Source of the DNA: Emiliania huxleyi CCMP1516
Lineage: Eukaryota
Assembly (NCBI RefSeq): GCF_000372725.1
Contig: NW_005201851.1
Span: 467,179-498,781, forward strand
DNA length: 31,603 bases
Reading direction: 5' to 3'
In this document: positions 9,432-19,400 of the stretch, piece after piece
Layout of the letters: each line of letters begins with the position of its first letter
Position numbering within the stretch: position 1 is the first letter of the stretch
The notes under the pieces: model-generated
What the model was told of the DNA's origin: nothing
Seen by the model: the letters and a program-made list of their open reading frames with translations, nothing else
The model's database searches: none
Translations under genes and position numbers: made by a program

Positions 9432-11700
9432 GCGCGCTCACGCGCGGGCGGAGAGAGCCGCCGAGCCCCGTTGCAGCCGTCCAGCAGAGAAGCGGGAACA
9501 CCCCATCGCCACATCGTGGCATGCATGTGCATGATATTAGATATTTTGCATGGCTGTGTCTCCAGGCCGTGGCTGTGCGAGTGTGTGACCCGCACACAGA
9601 GTCACCCGTACACACCGACCATCGCGCTCCTACAGTACTCCCCAATAGCAATAGCACAGAACACATACAGTATACAGACATGTTTTTCTGCATGGTGTTT
9701 TCGTGTCGGTTTTGCGCGATTTTCTACTTGTTTTCATGAGAATTTCGCGTATTGCGACCAACGACCATGCTATCACGCCTTGCGACAGCCTGTCGGCGCT
9801 GCTGACCGTGCCATGATGCACAATTGATCACCTGCATAGCTCGCGACCTTAGTATCAAGCATTCAGTGACGACCTGATCGTACGGTCAGTAGGAAGGTGT
9901 ACTTCCAGCGTGTGCACGCTTCTGGCGCAATGCGCGTCACAAACTGCCTCGGATTGGCTGCTGGCACTCTCGAGGCTATGCCTACGCAGCCTCGCGCGCA
10001 TGGGCAGTTAAGAGGGACCACGCACCTTCTCAGGACAGCGCCGGTGCCTCTCTGTTGGACCGGCAAACTTGGTGGTCTCGTGTCACCAATGTGGGACCAG
10101 TGCGGCATCGCGCCATCGACAGCTCTGAACTGCGCCTCACCACTGACCGGGAAGGCCGCCAAGGGGCCAGCACAGGTCGCACATTGTGGCAGCAGTCAGC
10201 AGTGCATGTCTGATAGCTAGAGCAGCAGCGTCAGGGTCGCAGGGTCGGATCGTGTCAAGCCTCTCGCCCGGCCGGCCGCGTGCAGACGTCGGCCTGTCTG
10301 CTGTCTGGAGTGATCTGTCGGCGGTCAGTACGACCGATCAGGTCGGAGTTTTCTGATGGTTGGAGGGTCTATCTGTATGTACTCCTCGAGATCTCTCCAA
10401 ATCTGCCCTCTGTTAGACCGGGTTAGATCGGGAAGTCGGTGCTAGTAGAGACTAATAGAGCCGGGGCCCCGTTTCCGCACTGCGGCGCGGCGCACGGTGC
10501 CTCCGGGGATCCCCGCGCCCCCCCAGAGAGGCAGACATTCTACATCCCATCCAACCCACCGAAACCCGTCTGGATGGATCGTCCGTTACACTGGGTTTAG
10601 CGTCGCGTTCTCTCATCGTGGTCTATGGTTTGCTAGACCCATGAGACCAGCCACGCCGCGCCCTCGGGCGCCTCCAGCGCCGCCCTCAGCCACGCCGCCA
10701 CGACCGACGGAGACGTCAACTCCGCAGTCACATGGTATCAGCTCTGGTCGCGGCGGCCCAGCACCAGCCCAACACGCCAATCCACCCGCAGGCTCAACGC
10801 CTGCCATGCGGCAGTCACACGTCGGACTGTCATTTTGGGATCATTTCCAAGAGTAAAAAGCGGTCTAATAAGGCAATAGAGTAGAGCGGCGTACGGTTTA
10901 CAAGAAATAGAAAAATTAGATATTCTTCTCTTTATGCCCCCATCCGAGACTGGAGACAGTCACACCCCAGTATCAGACCAGGGGGAGTGCCCCCCGCCCC
11001 CGCTTGCCCTGCCTGCGCAGAATACTTAGCGTGCCCCGATATAACGGCGACACTTAGCGAGGGTCACTGCGCAAGGAGAGGGTGCGAAGCCTTTTTCTTT
11101 TGTCCTCTCGGGGGAATGTTCTCTCGGCGCCCATGGCCTTCTGAGGTTTCGTACTAATGACGTCCTTCTTGGCACTTCGGGCGTCGGTGTGTGCGTGTCT
11201 GTTTTCGGGCGTCGGTGTGTGCGTGTCTGTTGTGTCTAATTCCCCCAGTATGCTACATAGGTCGCCCGCCGGCTCCCCCTCACTTCCAAGGTTTCTTCCC
11301 GAGTGCCGCCCCGCGAGCGGGAGGCCCCCAGTTCGAAACCTGGTCGACCCTTATATTTTTTTCACACCTGAGCGGGCTCAATTTTGCTCTAGGTGCCTCC
11401 TACGGGTTCGAACCCACGTTTTTCGGCCAGGCGGCCGGTGCGTTGGTCGTTCTCGTCATGGGATTTTACAAGCAATAGAGCACGTGCGTGCTGGGCTGGG
11501 TCTTTAGGCATGTGGGGTTGGCACTCCCCCATCGACCCTCATGACCTCTGAGATGGAGACACCAGTGGGTGTGGGACACCACAGCCAGGATACACTCGAA
11601 GGCTGGGTAAGCACGTAAGCAGTAGAGCCGCTCTAGTAGAGGTCGATACTCGACGCGTCCCACAGTGGTCTGTGTCAGCTGTCGGCACGCTGATTTTCCC

Positions 11701-11740
11701 ACACAACCCCACTCTCTCCTTTCTCCCAGTAAGCTAAAAG
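11701..11740 (+). repeat. Partial third copy of the dispersed repeat at 15798-15872 / 16042-16121
   Basis: ACACAACCCC..TCTCC.TTCTCCCAGTAAGCTAAAAG is shared with those copies. Confidence 0.7.
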
Positions 11741-12059
11741 TACAGTACAATCGCAATGCCTTTGGCAATGGGGAATGGCCTGTCCACAGTGCACACGCCC
11801 AGCCAGCACGTACACACCCCCAAGAGCTGATTTCTCCCGGTCACAGTGGGCCGGTCACGACGCATAACGAACATGATATAAATATCGCAAAGTAACATCG
11901 TTCCTCAGACGCCGCAAATGATGCATTTTTGCTCCTAACTCTATCGCAGGAGCGGAGGAGCGCGGGGCGCTCTCTCGAGCCGGCTCTCTCGCGCTCGGCT
12001 CGCCCACAGACTCGAGAGGCCCGCCCCACTGAGCCCTCCGGCTCCTAGAATAGCCAGAT

Positions 12060-13171
12060 CTAGTAGCTGTGCCCCTCGGCGAAGCCCTCGCGCACAAAGG
12101 CTGCGTGCCCGTTGAAGCCGCGCGTGTCCTCGACGAGCGCCTGCATCTCGGACAGCAGCGCCTGCTGCTGCTCGAGGATCTCCGCCCGCCGCTCGCGCGA
12201 CGGCCGCTCCTCCTCGTAGAGGCGCAGCGCCTGCTCACGGCGACAGGTGTGAAGAGCATCTTCACGGCTCCTCCACAGCTCCTCCGCGCCAAAGCGCGGC
12301 GCCGTCTGCACCGGCCCCTCATCTTATCTCGGCCACATCTCGGCCACCTCTCGGCTACAGCTGCCGTCTGCATCAGCTCCTCGTCGTGCGCGTCGAGGCC
12401 GCTCTGCCGGCGCGAGAGGGCGACGCGCGCCTCGATCAGCGTAACCTGCTCCCGCAGCGACGTCTTGGACAGGATCGTCGTCGCCGTCCACAGCGACGTT
12501 GGCGCCAGAGCCCCGGCTGGGACGGGGCTGCCGCCGCCCGCCGTGCTTGCGGCGAGCTCAAACGCGTGCGCGGTGTCGTCCTGCCGGCCCTGCAGAGCCG
12601 CCCACTCCCGCCTGCACTCGGCCTTCTCCTCCTCGAGCGCCTTCTTGTCCGCGACCCACTGCCGCCGCTTGTCCGAGGCGAGGCCCGACGAGACGACGTG
12701 CTCGAGCTCGCTCTGCAGAAAGGACATCTGCCGGATGAAAGCCTTGAGCGTCTCCTCGATCGGCGTGTCCTCGCCCGCCGGGCCGGACCCGCCCCGCTCC
12801 TCCACCAGCGTGGCGAAGAAGGACGAGACCTCGCGGTGCTGAGCAACCGCCGTGTCGCCGGCGGACTGACGGACAGATGACAGCTGACCATCGCGAGCGC
12901 CACCGCCTGGAGGGCCCTCATCCGTGAGGATGTCGACCGTGTTGGCCGCTGCGACAGCCTCGACCGTGTTGGCCGCTGCGACAGCCTCGACCGAGGTGGC
13001 CGCTGCGACAGCCTCGACTGTTGCCTCATCAAGCGTCACTGCATTCTGGTTCAGGGTGTACTTGTTTGCGCTCATAACGACGACCCCTCGCGTAAGGAAA
13101 ATTTGCGTGCGGGCAGACGCCGGCGGCGCGAAGCGGGCAGAGGCGGAGAGCAGCGCTGCAGCGACCACCAT
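12060..13171 (-). CDS. Hypothetical coiled-coil protein with possible signal/plastid-targeting N-terminus; intron 12231-12364
   Basis: N-terminus MVVAAALLSASARFAPP..; three 27-nt VEAVAAA(T/N)x repeats at about 12935-13020; E/K/R/Q-rich helical segments. A GC-AG intron with GCCGAGATGTG repeats joins ELMQT|ALRLYEEE to the stop at 12060. Confidence 0.6.
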
Positions 13172-13395
13172 CTCGGCAGGGAAGACGAATGCTCCACCGG
13201 GTGCACAAAGGGTGTGGGGAAAAGAAAAAGGAAAATTCGAGTAGCGGAAGTCCGTCCTCCCATTTTGGTTTTTGTTTTTCGAGCGGCTTGCACCAAGTGC
13301 TCCGGCCGATAACTCTTAGCCGGGAACTACGACCTCGCTCTGAAAGCCACTCTCTTCCTCTTCCTCCCCCTCACTCTCTGCTCTCTCTCTCTCTC

Positions 13396-13453
13396 TTACC
13401 GAGCGCATCGGCACTCGCTTCCCGAGAGTTTGGTCCCGGAGCCGCACGTGACG

Positions 13454-13486
<33 letters not shown>

Positions 13487-14956
13487 TGCAGCCACGTGCA
13501 CGTGTTGGCTCCGACCCACGTTACTCGGCCACCAGCGCTCTGGCAGCCGTCAGGATTGGTCTGCTCGGTGCAGTACCTGCGGTGCCTTGTGTACTGACGG
13601 CGCACCTGGTCGCGGCAGTGTGCGCCGGCAAACTCCGTGCAGTCGCAGATTGGGCGGGAGGGCGTGGGCGCGGGTGGCGCGCGCCGCCGCGCGGCCGCGA
13701 ACAGCGACGGCGGAGAGGGGAAGGAGGGGAGCAACGCGGGAGGAGGCGCGGTCACCCAGCAAACCTATGCGCACAAACGCAAGCTCAAGGCAGTGAATGT
13801 CTAGACCTCCATCTCGACTCTCTGGGCGTGCCTTCCAGCCGCCAAAGGTCGAGCCTCGAGGGCTCGAATGCCAGGTGATGACGCCGTTCAGCGCAGCGGC
13901 TCCGCTTGGGCCGTTTGTGCCACAGTATTTTGTGTCGCCCACCTCAAGAAAGTCGTACGTGCCGCAGCCAGCCGGGTTCCCCTCCCAGCTAGGGTCAATC
14001 GAGTTAGGGTCGTACGAGTCGTCGTAGTCAAAGTGATTTTGGACATCAAAGGCCGCCACGACGAGCGGCGTCGGCGGCACGTTGGTGATGGTGCACGCCT
14101 CGTTGGGACCGTAGTTGTTCGGGTAGTGAGGTGATGTGGCGCACGCGCCATCGCTGGTGAGCATGCACGGGCCGGTGATTTGGACGAGACCTGGACGTGG
14201 CGGGGGCTTTGGCGACGGCGGCAGCGGCGATGGGGTCGGCAGCGAGGGCGGCGGCGGCAACGGTGGTGGCGGCGTCGGTGGCGGCGGCGACGGTGGCGGC
14301 AGCGACGGCGGCGTCGGTGGCGGCGGTAACGGTGGAGGCAGCGACGGCGGCTCCATTGTCGAAGGCGGGTTCGACGCCGGCGAATAGGCACCGGTCACGG
14401 TGGCGGCGCCCGCCTTGCCGTGGTAGCCGCCAACGGCGATGTAGTACTGCGTGCCCGCCCTGGGAACGAATCCGTCGATGGCCGAACCAAATTGGAATCC
14501 CTGGCTCTGTGGTCCTCGGCCACAGGTCCCGCCGCTGTCGCCGTCGCACGCCACCATCTTGAGGGTGCCACAGGATCCCTGAAAGACGGAGAGGTCGGTG
14601 TCGAAGCCGCAGGCGGTAAGGCTGAGCGCCACACCTGGCCGCACGTCCTCGAGCCTGAGCCAGTAGGCGCTGCCTACGCCAGTGAAGAAGCTTCCCGAGC
14701 AGAGGTTTGCCTCGTCGGGCGCCGAGTAGCCTGGCATCCCTCGGTTGTTTGCGCCCACCGAGAAGGGGTCGGTCGGGGAAAGGGTTGGGGACGAGTCACC
14801 AAACGCCACCGCTGCCTCGCATGAGCTGCCGGGCGACAGGTAAGATCGGGATTGTGCCTTCCCACGTTGAGCAATGGCATCCGCAAAATCGCCGGCGAGG
14901 ACGCAAGCTTTCCCGTCCCAAACCTCAGAGTTGCTGTAGTCGCAGGTGTCCGACAT
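13396..14956 (-). CDS. Pro-rich modular protein: PPC-like beta domain, poly-Pro linker, CUB-like domain, small Cys-rich tail; intron 13765-13831; both ends uncertain
   Basis: LSLTACGFDTDLSVFQGSCG.L..VACDGD..YYIAVGGY (PPC-like) and CATSPHYPNNYGPNEACTI...CGTYDFLEVG..KYCGT.GP...WHSS...GGWKVCW (CUB-like). A possible further GTAAGA donor overlaps the stop. Confidence 0.7.
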
Positions 14957-15335
14957 TCGCAAGAGCCGAGGCCCGAACGCACAGCGACGCGTGAGATCGC
15001 AACTTCTATCTTTGGCCAAATTGCAAATTATGTATATGTACGTGTAAAAGAGGGAAGCAGTCGAGAGGACAGGGGAGGGACGCGGCCAGAAAGAGGGCGG
15101 GCGCCGAGTTTCGAAAGCCGGCGCTTTCGCGCGTTCGAAGAGGCTTTGCACGGAGTTTGTGCAAATTTGCGGTTGGCCTTCGCGCTGCGGCGAGATGGCA
15201 CCGCAGGCGGCGTGCGTGCACGAGGGCGGCGGCGTCGAGCGCCGAGCAGCACACCACGAGCGCGAGCGGCAGCGCCGACGACGGGAGGCGGCGGGCGGCT
15301 CGACCGAGCCGGCGGCGGAGGAGGCTAGAGCTTTA

Positions 15336-15792
15336 CAGTGGGTTGCGGGCATTAAGAAAACAGGATGCCGGCACGCCGCTGTTTCTAAGCCTTTCCACAT
15401 CCCTCATCCACCCCACGCCGTGGTTTCTTAGCTCCGGCCGGCACTCAAGTCAGGAGAGAGCCGACCCGAAGGATTTTTAGGTAAGAGGTAAGTAAGCTGC
15501 GGTCCGCGAGGGCGATGCCAGACAGAGTCTGCCGCCGAGTCGGCTCTCTGGATGACAGGAAGACGCACACACGCCTCCATCTACTCCACTCAGAACACCG
15601 CAGACTTGGAAAGTGACAAGTGCGCGCGCCGCAGGCGAAGAGAGATTTTGAGCCGGGGCTCCCATTCACATTCGTGTCCGGCCCCTTTTCTCGGGGCCGC
15701 GCCTGCGGCACGGCGTGGTTTCTTAGATTTTTGCGGAAATCGCTCGGCGTGGTTTCTTAATGGTACGTTTTCTTAATGCCCGCAACCCACTG
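15336..15792. mobile_element. Non-autonomous Tc1/mariner-type DNA transposon (MITE), 457 bp
   Basis: Perfect 26-bp terminal inverted repeats CAGTGGGTTGCGGGCATTAAGAAAAC (15336-15361 and 15767-15792), TA on both flanks (15334-15335, 15793-15794), subterminal GTGGTTTCTTA repeats at 15420, 15715, 15749; no transposase ORF. Confidence 0.9.
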
Positions 15793-15797
15793 TACAA

Positions 15798-16121
15798 CTC
15801 ACGCCGCGCGTAGGGCCCTTAGGGGCCTAGAGAACACAACCCCCTCTCCCTTCTCTCCCAGTGAGCTAAAAGGACGTATTACAACTGAGCTCGGGCGTTG
15901 ACCGCACCGCGTACCCTCCCCACTCCCGCCTCTCGTTCGTTTGTGTCACACCACGCGGAACGTATGTCGTATCTCCATCGCGACGGTGAAGGGGGTGAAC
16001 CGCGCCATCCTTGATCGTCGTGCAAAGCTCGCTTCCGAGCTCTCACGCCGCGCGTAGGGCCCTTAGGGGCCTAGAGAACACAAACCCCTCTCTCCCTTCT
16101 CTCCCAGTAAGCTTTTAAAAG
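15798..16121 (+). repeat. Pair of about 75-80-bp direct repeats (15798-15872, 16042-16121)
   Basis: Near-identical CTCACGCCGCGCGTAGGGCCCTTAGGGGCCTAGAGAACACAA...CTTCTCTCCCAGT(G/A)AGCT..AAAAG. Confidence 0.85.
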
Positions 16122-16473
16122 TGTCCGTACATGTACGTACAAGCAAGCTAGCTACAACTGTAGAGTGTAGTCTGTACACGACAGGACAATCGCGGCGGGC
16201 GGGTGGTGGTGCGATGTGTGCGTGCCCCCCCCCCCCCCCAAGGCCCCGCCGGCGAAATATTTTTTGTTGCAGAACCATAATGTTTGAATACGAGCGCGCG
16301 GGGTAAAGGACCGCTCTGCTCACATGCCGTACGTGGCATGCACTTCTCAACACCTGCGTTACTCTTCTGGGTCACTTGCTAGGTCGACCCACTGTCGTGG
16401 CTCGGCCCCTCTCTGCGCCCTCCCGCGCTTCTCCCCAGCGCCGGCCTCGCTGCGGCGTCCCGTGCGTCGCCAC

Positions 16474-19400
16474 TCAGCCGCGCGTCGCCGCCTCGAGCAG
16501 CTGCAGAAAGACGCCGTCGCTCCCGACGACGCGCGGCCGCTTCCAGTCCGCCTCGCGGGCGTACTGTGGGGTGGAGACTTCCGCGGCGACGGCCATCGCC
16601 GCGTCCATGTCGAGGTACTGGTCCACCGCCTCGACGCAGCGCGGCAGCTCCGCGGTGGCGGCGGCGTCGCCGGGCACGCCGCGCTCCGCCGAGACCTCGG
16701 CCGGAGCGACTCCCTGCCGCGCCGCGACGGCGGCGAACACGTCGTCGATCAAGCCTGGCGTCGGCCAGCGCGCCGCGCGGTCGGCGGGGGTGCGCACCGC
16801 TGCTTCGCAGCCCAGCCGCAGCTGGCGCAGCAAGGCGGCGAGCTGCGTGCGCTCGTGCCGCAGCAGCGCCCTGCAGAGCGCCGCCGGGTTGCGCCGCAGC
16901 GGGGTGCACGCACACGGGCGCGTCAGCTCCAGGTCGGGGTCTGTGTCGCAGAGGGCCGCCTGCAGGACGTGCGCGCGCTCGAGCGCGGCGGGCTCGCCGC
17001 CGTGGACGATGCGGACGTGCGCGTCGCCGCCGCAGCCGAGCACGCCGCGGACGTGCAGCGCCGCGTTCGTCGCCGGGAAGTCTGCGAGCACCTTCTCAAC
17101 CTCGCTCACCGCGTCGCGGTGCGCCTGCCTCGGGTCGCCCGACGCGCCTCCCACCTCGCTCACCTCGAGCTCGATCGGCGCCGCGGGGTCGCCGGCGAGG
17201 TGCGGCGGCGCCGCTCCAAAGTACGCGACGAGCCACGAGGGCAGCGCCTCGGCGGGCGCCGCGGCGAGCGCAGCGTGCACGGCGGCGGCGCTGAGGCTAA
17301 AATTGTTTGCGGCGCCGTCGTGCGCGAGGAGAAGCTCGTGCAGCTTGCGCCACGCTATGGCGGCTGCGTCGGGCCGCCCCTCCGACGCGAGCGCGCACGC
17401 GCGCCGCGCGAGCTCGGCGCCCACGTACGGCAGCCCCGAGGGGCGGGCGGCGCTCGACGGCTCACCAAGTGAACCGTCGAGCGCGGGATGGCGCCGCAGC
17501 CGCGTCGCGTACGCGACGGCGAGCGCGGTGGCGTCGTCAAACAAGCCCTGCCGCAGCAGCCCGTCGAGCAGCAGCGGCACCGGCGCCTGCGCGATGGCGC
17601 CGGCGTGCGCCGCCGCCTCGCCGCCCAAGCTGCGCAACAGCGCCGCGCGCCCGAGCGCCGCCTGGCGCCGCTGCCGGAGCTCGGACAGCTGCACCGGCCG
17701 CTCGAGCGGGCAAGGGCGGGCCGCCGCCGCGCGGCTCGCGGCGAGGGCGCCCTCGGTCGGCTCTGCGCGGATGTCGAGGCGCCCGTCGCCGTCGTACGCC
17801 GCGAAGACGAGCCGCCCCGCCCCGCCCGGCGGCAGCCGCGACGAGCCGTCTCCAAAGGCGCCGGCCGCCCCCGCCGCCTCGGCGGGGGGATCGGCGGCCT
17901 CGAGCACGTAGCGCGCCTCGGGCGGCCGCTGCTCGAGCGCGACGATACAGCCCGACAGCGCCGCCGCCCGCCTCGAGAGCGCGCCGGCGAGATCGGGCGC
18001 GTGCAGGGCGCCCCCGCCGGCGGCGGCGGCGGCGACGTCGTTTTCGAGCCGCGCCGACAGCTCAAACATCGACCTGGCGGCGCCGCCGTAGTCGCCGTAT
18101 TGGAGCTGCAGCGCGTAGAGGAGCTCGTAGGCGTTGGGGCCGGCCGCGCCGTGCACGTCCGAGGCGGGCGCGTGCCGCCGGAGGGCGAGGAAGAGCTCGG
18201 AGCGCAGCTCGCCTACGCCACAGCCCACAATGGGGTGGGGTGGCAGAGAGANNNNNNNNNNNNNNNNNNNNNNNNNNNNNNNNNNNNNNNNNNNNNNNNN
18301 NNNNNNNNNNNNNNNNNNNNNNNNNNNNNNNNNNNNNNNNNNNNNNNNNNNNNNNNNNNNNNNNNNNNNNNNNNNNNNNNNNNNNNNNNNNNNNNNNNNN
18401 NNNNNNNNNNNNNNNNNNNNNNNNNNNNNNNNNNNNNNNNNNNNNNNNNNNNNNNNNNNNNNNNNNNNNNNNNNNNNNNNNNNNNNNNNNNNNNNNNNNN
18501 NNNNNNNNNNNNNNNNNNNNNNNNNNNNNNNNNNNNNNNNNNNNNNNNNNNNNNNNNNNNNNNNNNNNNNNNNNNNNNNNNNNNNNNNNNNNNNNNNNNN
18601 NNNNNNNNNNNNNNNNNNNNNNNNNNNNNNNNNNNNNNNNNNNNNNNNNNNNNNNNNNNNNNNNNNNNNNNNNNNNNNNNNNNNNNNNNNNNNNNNNNNN
18701 NNNNNNNNNNNNNNNNNNNNNNNNNNNNNNNNNNNNNNNNNNNNNNNNNNNNNNNNNNNNNNNNNNNNNNNNNNNNNNNNNNNNNNNNNNNNNNNNNNNN
18801 NNNNNNNNNNNNNNNNNNNNNNNNNNNNNNNNNNNNNNNNNNNNNNNNNNNNNNNNNNNNNNNNNNNNNNNNNNNNNNNNNNNNNNNNNNNNNNNNNNNN
18901 NNNNNNNNNNNNNNNNNNNNNNNNNNNNNNNNNNNNNNNNNNNNNNNNNNNNNNNNNNNNNNNNNNNNNNNNNNNNNNNNNNNNNNNNNNNNNNNNNNNN
19001 NNNNNNNNNNNNNNNNNNNNNNNNNNNNNNNNNNNNNNNNNNNNNNNNNNNNNNNNNNNNNNNNNNNNNNNNNNNNNNNNNNNNNNNNNNNNNNNNNNNN
19101 NNNNNNNNNNNNNNNNNNNNNNNNNNNNNNNNNNNNNNNNNNNNNNNNNNNNNNNNNNNNNNNNNNNNNNNNNNNNNNNNNNNNNNNNNNNNNNNNNNNN
19201 NNNNNNNAAACCCTCGTGTTGCTCCCACACCCTCATTTCACTGCGGTGGGGGCGCGCCGTCGAAGCGAAGCTTGGCGAGCTGCGCCACGCCGCCACGCGC
19301 GTGGAGCACCGACACGAGTGTGTTGAAGCAGTCTGCGCGGCGCTCGAGGTAGACCTTCTCCGCCTCCTTGTCGACGCGGCGGTGGGCAGAGCTAGCGCAG

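Noticed and set aside
9600..11850. Short ORFs and an 11-bp inverted repeat (CGACCTGATCG near 9868 and 10335) in the lower-GC intergenic region
   Set aside because: No recognisable protein motifs. The inverted repeat is short with no target duplication. Probably decayed repeats, but not supportable.
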